From Candidatus Iainarchaeum sp. (GTDB taxonomy: Archaea > Iainarchaeota > Iainarchaeia > Iainarchaeales > 0-14-0-20-30-16), in NCBI GenBank assembly GCA_028710695.1, contig JAQTTP010000001.1, forward strand, positions 180,001 through 212,000: a stretch of DNA of 32,000 nt. Direction: 5' to 3'. Below are positions 8,142-15,465 of this stretch, piece after piece; position 1 is the stretch's first letter, and each line of letters begins with the position of its first letter. The notes under the pieces are model-generated. The model searched no databases and was not told the origin of the DNA. It worked only from the letters and a program-made list of their open reading frames with translations. The position numbers and the translations under genes were made by a program.

Positions 8142-9260
8142 CTATTCACCTAAACTTAAGTCCCAGTATGTGTATTCATAACCCGATTCTGGATCTTGCG
8201 GTGGATTCCAAACTTGGGTTTTTTGGCCAACGGCCCTGTGCCCTTTAGCATTACCACCAACATGTACTTGTAAATTCTCATATTCTTTGCTTTTTCCTAG
8301 TTGTTGATCAGGGCTTTCATCACAATACTCATTTCTTGTAGGTGATGGCGTTTTATCTACATTTAACTCTGCAGATATAAATGCTGCCCCGCCATATTGG
8401 TCATCATCTGTAAAACCAAATAAACTTTGGTTCTCTGATTCCATGGTGGCAGTTCCATTACCTTCTTTGGTTAAAATAACACAGCCGGTATCTACAACCA
8501 TTTTATAAGTCCACATAAATTTGCCATTCTCGAAATAATAACTTTTTGTACCTACTGTTTCGCCTAAAACACTATATCTTTTTAATGTTCCACCAACGAT
8601 GTCTACTTTTGTAAAATAATAAGTATCTTCTGCTTCAGATAAATATTCATATTTAATTCTACTACAAAGATCTCCTGCACCACTTTGTTTGGTTTCTGCT
8701 AATTTTTTTAAATCGTCAAATCCTAATTCGTCACACAAAATTACAATTTCTTTTAATCTATTTTTGCAAATATATATGTCATTTATTTCTTCTGTTAGTC
8801 TATTTTTAATTGTATCTAAAACTATTTTATCTAAATTTGGCAACAATCCAAAACTTTGTAGTAGTCGTAATGCGTCAATTAACATGCTATTTGTTGAATT
8901 GGGGTCGCTGATAATACTTTCAGCCCATTGCTTGATTTTTGCCTTTGTTTGTGCATCATATTTATCTGTGTCTGGTAAGCCCCAAATTTTTGCTAAACCT
9001 AATGCATCTATCATTTGTTGAGGTGTTGATTTGGGATTATTAAAAGTATCTTCTACATTGCCCATAGTATTAGCTTGATTTGCATTCATTTGATCTTTTG
9101 ATGAATCTCCTGTGCTTGGATAAGTCGCATCATCACCACTTGTTAAGCCAGATTTTGTTGTACCTAAATTGCTTTCATCAGTTCCTGGAGCAACACAGCC
9201 AGACAAAAATATAACTGATACAAAAAAACAGAGAATCAAAGAAATAATTATTTTATTCAT
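8142..9260 (-). CDS. Secreted lipoprotein-like protein of unknown function
   Basis: MNKIIISLILCFFVSVIFLSGCVAPG is a signal peptide with a lipobox-like LSGC. A Ser/Thr/Asp/Asn-rich linker follows. I chose the ATG at 9260 because the track's upstream extension to 9350 runs into the tRNA gene. No recognised domain. Confidence 0.6.
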   Translation of the reverse strand: MNKIIISLILCFFVSVIFLSGCVAPGTDESNLGTTKSGLTSGDDATYPSTGDSSKDQMNANQANTMGNVEDTFNNPKSTPQQMIDALGLAKIWGLPDTDKYDAQTKAKIKQWAESIISDPNSTNSMLIDALRLLQSFGLLPNLDKIVLDTIKNRLTEEINDIYICKNRLKEIVILCDELGFDDLKKLAETKQSGAGDLCSRIKYEYLSEAEDTYYFTKVDIVGGTLKRYSVLGETVGTKSYYFENGKFMWTYKMVVDTGCVILTKEGNGTATMESENQSLFGFTDDDQYGGAAFISAELNVDKTPSPTRNEYCDESPDQQLGKSKEYENLQVHVGGNAKGHRAVGQKTQVWNPPQDPESGYEYTYWDLSLGE

Positions 9261-9282
9261 TATACAAATACTAAATATAACT

Positions 9283-9290
9283 TTAAATAA
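9283..9290 (+). promoter_or_regulatory. TATA-box-like element (TTTAAATA) upstream of tRNA-Gly
   Basis: It lies 24-31 nt upstream of tRNA position 1 (9314), which is the expected archaeal TATA spacing. Confidence 0.4.
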
Positions 9291-9313
9291 GTATCCCAGG
9301 CTATTTTTATTAG

Positions 9314-9534
9314 GCAGTAGTGGTCCAGTGGTAAGATAAGAGCTTCCCAAGAACCCTTTTTAGAAACAAAAAGAAACTTTTGCCCTGGCAAAAGCGTTCT
9401 TTAGGTCCAGAAGAAATTTTTGGAAAACAAAAATTGGCTTCTTGAAAAGCGTTCACGGAAAAAGGAGTGCATAAGGCACCCCAGAATAGGTTCGGAAAGA
9501 GCTTTTGACCCGGGTTCAATTCCCGGCTACTGCA
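9314..9534 (+). tRNA. tRNA-Gly (anticodon CCC) with a 150-nt intron at the canonical 37/38 position
   Basis: I folded this by hand. The acceptor stem pairs GCAGTAG (9314-9320) with CTACTGC (9527-9533), and the discriminator is A9534. The D region carries AGTGGTAA. The anticodon stem pairs AGAGC (9339-9343) with GCTTT (9501-9505). The anticodon loop is TT-CCC-A|A. The T arm is CCGGG-TTCAATT-CCCGG (9510-9526). The exons are 36 + 35 = 71 nt, and CCA is not encoded. Confidence 0.9.
9350..9499 (+). other. tRNA intron with canonical hBHBh' splicing motif
   Basis: The central 4-bp helix pairs TTCC (9344-9347) with GGAA (9494-9497). The 3-nt bulges are CAA (9348-9350) and AGA (9498-9500). The outer helix pairs GAACC (9351-9355) with GGTTC (9489-9493). 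The interior contains hairpins (CTTTTGC-cctg-GCAAAAG at about 9377-9394; AATTTTTG-gaaaa-CAAAAATT at 9415-9435). It also has a 10-nt direct repeat AAAAGCGTTC at 9390-9399 and 9445-9454. Confidence 0.85.
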
Positions 9535-9540
9535 TCTCTA

Positions 9541-9565
9541 AGCTTTCTTTTCAAAAAAGAAAGCT
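9541..9565 (+). terminator. Perfect 11-bp hairpin (AGCTTTCTTTT-caa-AAAAGAAAGCT) just 3' of the tRNA
   Basis: The perfect inverted repeat starts 7 nt after the tRNA discriminator base and contains a T-run. This is consistent with a transcription stop or processing element. Confidence 0.4.
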
Positions 9566-9600
9566 ACAGCCTCCCAAAGAAAACCTTCTGGATGATTATT

Positions 9601-10230
9601 ATGGATAAAATGAAGATTATTTTGTTTATATTGGTTTTACTTACTTTTGTTGTTGGAATTGTAATCTATCCGTATATGCCTGGTACAGTTGCAAGTCATT
9701 GGAATGCCGCGGGAGAAGTAGATGGGCATATGTCTAAATTTTGGGGAGTATTTTTAATGCCAATAATTTGTTTGGTATGTATTTTATTGTTTATTTTTAT
9801 TCCGAAAATGGATCCTCTAAAAAAGAATTTTAAAGCCTTTGAAAAAGAATTTAATTTGTTTATTTTAGTAATCTTTTTGTTCTTTTTTTATATTTATCTT
9901 CTGACTATATTTTGGAATTTGGGTTATGATCTAAATATTGGAAAATATATTACTCCTGCCTTTGGAATCTTGTTTATATTTGTTGGGCTTTTGTTAAGAA
10001 AAGCAAAAAGAAATTATTTTGTAGGAATAAGAACTCCTTGGACTTTGGCTAATGACAAAGTCTGGGATAAAACCCATCAGTTAGGATTTAAGTTATTTGT
10101 AATTATCGGAGTAGTGTGTTTTTTAGGAATATTTTTCCCGGAATATACTTTTTACATATTTATTGGGCTTGTATTATTGGTAACAGGAGTATTGTTTTTG
10201 TATTCTTATTTAATTTATCGGAGGGGATAA
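9601..10230 (+). CDS. SdpI/DUF1648-family integral membrane protein
   Basis: MDKMKIILFILVLLTFVVGIVIYPYMPGTVASHWNAAGEVDGHMSKFWG carries the HWN..G..DG signature of DUF1648, followed by several TM helices. The track's upstream extension (9505) overlaps the tRNA, so I use the ATG at 9601. ATGs at 9592 and 9610 are also possible. Confidence 0.65.
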   Translation: MDKMKIILFILVLLTFVVGIVIYPYMPGTVASHWNAAGEVDGHMSKFWGVFLMPIICLVCILLFIFIPKMDPLKKNFKAFEKEFNLFILVIFLFFFYIYLLTIFWNLGYDLNIGKYITPAFGILFIFVGLLLRKAKRNYFVGIRTPWTLANDKVWDKTHQLGFKLFVIIGVVCFLGIFFPEYTFYIFIGLVLLVTGVLFLYSYLIYRRG

Positions 10231-10231
10231 A

Positions 10232-10396
10232 ATGAAATCATTTGTGTTAATATTTGGGTTGTTGGCATTTTTGTTATTAATTGCAACTATTTTTGTTGGT
10301 GTTTTTGGAACCAAATTTAAGATAAAGTCAATATATCACAAGATTTTTGGATTGTTGACATTGATTTTTACAATTCTGCATGTTGCATTTGTTTAA
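10232..10396 (+). CDS. Small (54 aa) two-TM membrane protein; falls below the ORF-track length cutoff
   Basis: My own translation gives MKSFVLIFGLLAFLLLIATIFVGVFGTKFKIKSIYHKIFGLLTLIFTILHVAFV*. A strong SD (GGAGGGG) lies 6-12 nt upstream. The start is 1 nt after the upstream stop, which suggests translational coupling. Confidence 0.5.
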   Translation: MKSFVLIFGLLAFLLLIATIFVGVFGTKFKIKSIYHKIFGLLTLIFTILHVAFV

Positions 10397-11556
10397 TCTT
10401 TTGCAAAGAAAATATATCCCAGGCTTGCAATTGCTGCAAGAATGAAACAGATAGTAAACGGATAAAAATTTAAAATGAAAATTAGCATAAGAAGTGGATA
10501 AAATAAAACCCTAATAAAATTGAAATAAAAGTCTCGAATAACTATGAATTTGAAGTACCCTTCTTTTTCTGCAAGATCATAGTTTTTTGCGTCATAAGGG
10601 ATATAAAGAACCTTTTCTGCAACATGTTTGTAAGACTCTATAAAAAATATTTTTGTTGCTGTGTCTGCGAAAATTCTTGCTACCCATGCAAAGAAGTATA
10701 GTGCAGTTCCGAATTTTATCATAAGTTCTTTTTTGTGCTTGTCTGTAATTTTTCCAATAAAGTAGAATAGGGCAAGAGATAGTAGCATTGTAAGGGTGAC
10801 AATTATTCCTGTTTTTTGTGTTGAAACTAAAATAACAATTAGAAATATTGGCCAAATTATTTTTCCAACAATTGTTTCAAATGAATAACCTATAAAAGTT
10901 ACTAGTATTCCTGCGTATTTTTTTGTTAAAAATTCTTTTAACATGTCTTTTGATTTAAAATTGAGTTCTGTGTAGCAATCGGGAGTAAACATTAAAACTA
11001 AAGAACCTAAGATTAATATCATTGAACCAATGATGTACAAGACAACAAAGCCGTAATAATATGCAATAAATCCACCTAATACTGGGCCAAGAACAGAAAC
11101 AATCATTGCTAATGCACTTAAAAAAGAAATTTCTTTGCCTCTATTCTTTCTATCTGAGTGATTAATGTAGTTCACATGATATCCATTATAGTAGAATGCT
11201 CTTCTTATCGCCCAAATTAAAGGGAGAATAACAAATACTGCCCAACTTGTTGTTATGAAGTATAATCCGATGTAATATAATATTGAGAGGGGGGTAGAAA
11301 CTAGGATTGCGTGCTTAGCTCCAATCTTTGCAACTGCTTTTGCAACAGGATATGCAAAAATAACATAGAATAAAGCATCTAAAAGGAAGAAAAGAAGGAT
11401 TAGGGGGATTGAATAGCCTAAATTATAGAAATAAATTGGAACGAAAATTCCAATCATGCTTTCTGCAAATGTTGTGATTGTTATTGCAAGATAGAAAAGG
11501 TTTAGTTCTTTGTTTTTCAAAAATGGAATTACATGGAAGTTACTAAACAAAGACAT
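10393..11556 (-). CDS. Polytopic membrane transporter, MFS-like
   Basis: It is 387 aa, almost entirely hydrophobic helices (about 10-12 TM), with short basic loops and a central loop (NHSDRKNRGKE). The two-halves organisation is typical of major-facilitator permeases. No specific substrate can be inferred. Confidence 0.5.
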   Translation of the reverse strand: MSLFSNFHVIPFLKNKELNLFYLAITITTFAESMIGIFVPIYFYNLGYSIPLILLFFLLDALFYVIFAYPVAKAVAKIGAKHAILVSTPLSILYYIGLYFITTSWAVFVILPLIWAIRRAFYYNGYHVNYINHSDRKNRGKEISFLSALAMIVSVLGPVLGGFIAYYYGFVVLYIIGSMILILGSLVLMFTPDCYTELNFKSKDMLKEFLTKKYAGILVTFIGYSFETIVGKIIWPIFLIVILVSTQKTGIIVTLTMLLSLALFYFIGKITDKHKKELMIKFGTALYFFAWVARIFADTATKIFFIESYKHVAEKVLYIPYDAKNYDLAEKEGYFKFIVIRDFYFNFIRVLFYPLLMLIFILNFYPFTICFILAAIASLGYIFFAKD

Positions 11557-11614
11557 AATAGAAAAAGAAGAATAAGAAATAAAAAAGAATTGCTATTTTT
11601 TGGAAACTATTTGA

Positions 11615-12019
11615 TTATGCTTCTTTTAATTTCCGTAATTCTTTTAGATGGTCTTCTAAGAATTCGAAATGTGTCTTTACTGGATATTTTTTGCTGTAAG
11701 ATAATCCTCTTTGAACCATTGCAATCAGAATCGTTCTATAACGTACTTTTAAAGATCTTGGCATTTCATCTAAAGCATCATTTAAATGTGTTACAAAATT
11801 AATTGGGTTAATCATATCAACTGAACTTTCAGATCGTAGGTCTCTAATCTCACGTTCAAAAGCAACATATCTTTCTCTTTCGTGTAAAAGATTTGCAATT
11901 GTTGCCTTTCGTTCTTGGTGAGGTGTTGTTGAATTCTCCCTTGGCTTAAAATGAACTACCTCTCCATGTCCTTTTGGCGGTTCTGGTTTTTTAGGTCCAA
12001 ATCTTCTTGTTACACTCAT
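11615..12019 (-). CDS. Hypothetical Arg/Glu-rich protein
   Basis: This is a long ORF immediately downstream of 12021..12386: the ATG at 12019 is 1 nt after that gene's stop, and the track start at 12028 is GTG. No recognisable domain. Confidence 0.45.
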   Translation of the reverse strand: MSVTRRFGPKKPEPPKGHGEVVHFKPRENSTTPHQERKATIANLLHERERYVAFEREIRDLRSESSVDMINPINFVTHLNDALDEMPRSLKVRYRTILIAMVQRGLSYSKKYPVKTHFEFLEDHLKELRKLKEA

Positions 12020-12020
12020 A

Positions 12021-12386
12021 TTAACCACGTTTTAATTGTGCAAGCGCTCTTCTAAAATATGTAAAATAAAGTAAATATTTTTTATCTAGTGCTAAAGCCT
12101 CTTTTTCTCGCGTGAACAAAAATTCAATTGCTCTTATAATATCAGATCTTCTTTGACGAACTATTTCTTTTGGTGAATTTCTCATTGCACTATAAAGTGC
12201 AGTCATACCATAAATAATTTTTTCATGTGGGCTCATTGCAAACTCAATTGCGGAAGTGAGTTTTTTTTCTCTGATTTTTCTAACTGCTTCTAAGCCATAT
12301 TTTTTTTGGTCATATTCAATTCCATAAGTTTTTTTGAACTCTTTTTTTGGTACTTTTCCAGACATTCTATCTTTTGCTACGACCAT
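12021..12386 (-). CDS. Hypothetical helical basic protein
   Basis: This 121-aa ORF is divergent from the hydrogenase-like gene across a 50-nt AT-rich promoter region. No recognisable domain. Confidence 0.45.
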   Translation of the reverse strand: MVVAKDRMSGKVPKKEFKKTYGIEYDQKKYGLEAVRKIREKKLTSAIEFAMSPHEKIIYGMTALYSAMRNSPKEIVRQRRSDIIRAIEFLFTREKEALALDKKYLLYFTYFRRALAQLKRG

Positions 12387-12436
12387 AATAGTTATTTTGC
12401 AGGAATCTTTTTATATTCTTATCACATAATTTTATC

Positions 12437-13528
12437 ATGGAAAAAACTATTGAGCAACAAATTTACTTTGATGATCTCGATGGCTTGATAAAAGCAATGA
12501 CTGCAGAAACGAAAAAAGGAAAAATATTAGTTGCTCAAATTGCACCCGCAGTACGATTTTCTATTGGAGAATGCTTTGGAGAAAAAGCAGGGATTGATAA
12601 TACAAAAAAAACAATCTCTTTATTGAAAGAACTTGGATTTGATTATGTTTTTGATACTCCTCTTGGGGCAGATTTGATTGTTGTTGATGGAGTCAAAAAT
12701 TTCTTAAAAATGGATTTGAAACATTTTGAGAAGTTTCCAGTTTTTACATCTTGTTGTATAGGGTGGAGAAGATTTGCACAAAAAAATTATTTTTATAAAA
12801 AACATCTTTCAAAAGAGGTAAGTCCAAATATGGCTTTGGGACTAACAGCAAAAACTTTTTTTGCAAATAAAATTAAGAAAAAAGCAGAACAAATTGTGGT
12901 TGTTGGAATAATGCCTTGTACTTTGAAAAAATATGAAACTTTGTATGAATTCAAAAAAGGAATAAAATATGTTGATTATGTTGTTACAACAAAAGAGCTC
13001 GGGGCTTGGGCAAAGAAAGAAAATATTGATTTTAAAACCTTGAAAGGGCATGAATTTGACTATTTACACGAAAGCTCAAAAGAAGGGCTTATGTTTGGGG
13101 CTAGCGGAGGAGTAACAGAGGCATTCCTGACGGCTTTGGCAGATAAGCTTGGAGAAAAAAAGGAAATACTTTTTTTTAGAAATAATAAAAGGATAAAAAG
13201 GCAAAAGGTAAAGATTGGAGATCTAGAATTAAATGTGGCTAGTGTTTATGGATTCGGGGCGCTGGTGAAATTACACAGAGAGATGGATCGTGGAGTAACA
13301 TACCATTTTGTAGAAGTTATGCAATGTCCTTTGGGTTGTGTGGGCGGGCCTGGGCAGCCGGAAGCAGGATTTTTTAAAATAAAAAGAAGGGCAAAAGAGT
13401 TGAGGAGACATGCAAGCAGAAAGCGTGAACATAGTGCTTTAGAAAACAAAACCGTGGATGAGATTAGTGCTTATCTAGAAAAGAAGAAGATCTCTTTGCA
13501 TTTGCATGAGCATAAAGAGCACAAATAG
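12437..13528 (+). CDS. [FeFe]-hydrogenase-like protein, H-domain only (no N-terminal ferredoxin/F-cluster domains)
   Basis: The H-cluster motifs appear in the correct order. FTSCCIGW corresponds to TSCCPxW. IMPCTLKKYE corresponds to MPCxxKxxE. VEVMQCPLGCVGGPGQP corresponds to ExMxCxxGCxxGGGQP. ILVAQIAPAVRFSIGECFG marks the start of the H-domain. The C-terminal stretch resembles the small-subunit-like tail (REHSALENKTVDEISAYLEKKKISLHLHEH). Confidence 0.8.
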   Translation: MEKTIEQQIYFDDLDGLIKAMTAETKKGKILVAQIAPAVRFSIGECFGEKAGIDNTKKTISLLKELGFDYVFDTPLGADLIVVDGVKNFLKMDLKHFEKFPVFTSCCIGWRRFAQKNYFYKKHLSKEVSPNMALGLTAKTFFANKIKKKAEQIVVVGIMPCTLKKYETLYEFKKGIKYVDYVVTTKELGAWAKKENIDFKTLKGHEFDYLHESSKEGLMFGASGGVTEAFLTALADKLGEKKEILFFRNNKRIKRQKVKIGDLELNVASVYGFGALVKLHREMDRGVTYHFVEVMQCPLGCVGGPGQPEAGFFKIKRRAKELRRHASRKREHSALENKTVDEISAYLEKKKISLHLHEHKEHK

Positions 13529-13582
13529 TATCATATTTATATATAAGTTTAAACTCTACTTTATATATAACTAGTGACTTCT

Positions 13583-15451
13583 ATGGCCGAAAAAGATCTA
13601 AATTATAGTACAACTGCAGAAATTAAAGTTCCTGATAAACTTATCGACCAAGTTATAGGCCAGGAAAGAGCAGTTGAATTAGTAAAAAAGGCCGCAAAGC
13701 AAAGAAGAAATGTTCTTCTTATCGGAGAGCCCGGAACTGGAAAGTCCATGCTTGCAAAAGGAATGGCAGACATAATGCCTGTTGACAAGTTAGACGATAT
13801 TTTAATTTACCCTAATAAAATTGATTCTCATACGCCAATTGTAAAAGTTTTGCCTGGCGGAGAAGGAAAGAAAATTGTTGAAAAAATGACATTAGATGAA
13901 AAAGCACAAAAAGATTCAATGAGGTTTGTTTCGTTGATTTTGCCTTTGGGCTGGTTTATTCTATCTGTTGTTGCATGGCAAATGGCTTGGATAAGTGATG
14001 TTATTTTTGCAGCAGCACTAATTGTGGGCTCATTCTTTGTTGTAGCATCAGCATTATCTGGGCAGATTAGAATGCCCTTGAAAGTTGTAACTCCTAAACT
14101 ATTAATTGATAATTCTAAAAAAAATAAAGCTCCTTTTGTAGATGGTACTGGGTCTAAAGCGGGAGCATTATTTGGTGATGTTAAGCACGACCCATTACAA
14201 AGCGGCGGATTAGGAACTCCACCACATTTAAGAGTTATACCTGGAATGATACATAGAGCAAATAAAGGTGTTTTATTCTTGGATGAAATCGCAACTTTGT
14301 CTCCAAAATCACAGCAGGATTTGCTAACTGCAATGCAGGAAAAGAAAGCATCAGTAACTGGGCAGAGCGAATTATCAAGTGGTGCAATGGTTAGAACAGA
14401 GCCTGTTCCTTGTGACTTTGTTTTAGTTGCTGCAGGAAACTACGAATCTTTACAACACTTACATCCAGCAATAAGATCTAGAATTAGAGGTTATGGTTAC
14501 GAAGTTTACATGAATGTTGACATGGATGATACTCCAGATAATAGAAATAAGATTGTAAGATTTGTTGCCCAAGAAGTTAAGAATGATGGAAAGATTCCGC
14601 ACTTTAACAATGAAGCAGTAGAGTTTATTATTTTTGAAGCAAGAAGAAGAGCAAACTCCAAAAAGAAGCTAAGCTTAAAATTTAGGGAGCTTGGTGGATT
14701 AATAAGAGCGGCAGGAGATATTGCAGTTGAAAAAGGAAAGAAAATTGTTGATATGGAAGATATGATGGAAGCAAAGAAATCTGCAAAAACTTTGGAAGAG
14801 CAGATGATAGGAAAGTACATTAATAGAATTAAAGATTATAGTGTGTTTAGTACCAAAGGAAGAGAAGTTGGAAGGGTAAATGGATTAGCAGTTTTATCTG
14901 ATGGTGAAACTGGAACTATAATTTCTATTGAAGCTGATGTTGCTCCTGCACAATCAAAAAGTGAAGGAAAAATTTATGCTACTGGAAAGCTTGGAGAAAT
15001 TGCAAAAGAAGCAGTACTAAATGTTTCTTCAATAATAAAGAAAGTTTCTAATACTGATCTTTCAAGTCATGATATACACATTCAATTTTTACAAAGTTAT
15101 TCTGGTGTTGAAGGGGATTCAGCATCAATCGCTATTACAACTGCAGTAATATCTGCAATAGAGGGAATTCCTGTAAGGCAAGATATTGCTATGACTGGAT
15201 CTTTAAGTGTTAAAGGAAAAGTAATGCCTGTTGGCGGGGTAACTGCAAAAGTAAAAGCAGCATTAGATGCAGGTTTTAGAACAGTAATTGTTCCAAAGCA
15301 GAATGTGGAAGACATTGTATTAACTGAAGAAGATAAAAAGAAAGTAAGAATTATTTCAGTAAATAATTTGCACGATGTTTTAAGCCAAGTATTTGAAGAT
15401 GGAAAACAGATGGATGTTTTCTTGAAAAAACTTAAAAAAGAGTTAGAATAA
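13583..15451 (+). CDS. lonB: Archaeal membrane-bound Lon protease (LonB)
   Basis: It has [15 protein letters not shown] and Walker [12 protein letters not shown] hairpin is inserted in the AAA+ module ([44 protein letters not shown]). Walker B is VLFLDEI. The Lon proteolytic domain carries [10 protein letters not shown] (catalytic Ser) and a downstream Lys. I chose the ATG at 13583; a GTG at 13574 is possible. Confidence 0.9.
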   Translation: MAEKDLNYSTTAEIKVPDKLIDQVIGQERAVELVKKAAKQRRNVLLIGEPGTGKSMLAKGMADIMPVDKLDDILIYPNKIDSHTPIVKVLPGGEGKKIVEKMTLDEKAQKDSMRFVSLILPLGWFILSVVAWQMAWISDVIFAAALIVGSFFVVASALSGQIRMPLKVVTPKLLIDNSKKNKAPFVDGTGSKAGALFGDVKHDPLQSGGLGTPPHLRVIPGMIHRANKGVLFLDEIATLSPKSQQDLLTAMQEKKASVTGQSELSSGAMVRTEPVPCDFVLVAAGNYESLQHLHPAIRSRIRGYGYEVYMNVDMDDTPDNRNKIVRFVAQEVKNDGKIPHFNNEAVEFIIFEARRRANSKKKLSLKFRELGGLIRAAGDIAVEKGKKIVDMEDMMEAKKSAKTLEEQMIGKYINRIKDYSVFSTKGREVGRVNGLAVLSDGETGTIISIEADVAPAQSKSEGKIYATGKLGEIAKEAVLNVSSIIKKVSNTDLSSHDIHIQFLQSYSGVEGDSASIAITTAVISAIEGIPVRQDIAMTGSLSVKGKVMPVGGVTAKVKAALDAGFRTVIVPKQNVEDIVLTEEDKKKVRIISVNNLHDVLSQVFEDGKQMDVFLKKLKKELE

Positions 15452-15465
15452 GCAAGTGATAAAGT

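Noticed and set aside
9350-9499. Possibility that the long tRNA intron encodes a box C/D guide RNA or a homing endonuclease
   Set aside because: The intron has no TGATGA (box C) or CTGA (box D) sequence, and 150 nt is far too short for an endonuclease ORF.
9310-9608. ORFs 9310..9519 (-) and 9420..9608 (+), plus the N-terminal extensions of 8142..9350 and 9505..10230
   Set aside because: They overlap the tRNA-Gly gene and its intron. Both flanking genes have internal ATG starts that give sensible N-termini (a signal peptide, a TM helix).
10592-10855. 87-aa ORF in an alternative frame of the same strand inside the MFS-like gene
   Set aside because: It is fully nested in a 387-aa ORF whose hydrophobic periodicity is coherent, and the nested frame has no independent support.
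12437-13528. Calling the hydrogenase-like gene a proven functional hydrogenase operon
   Set aside because: No hydE/F/G maturases or redox partners are in the window, and two motif positions are substituted. Only 'hydrogenase-like, H-cluster ligands conserved' is supported.
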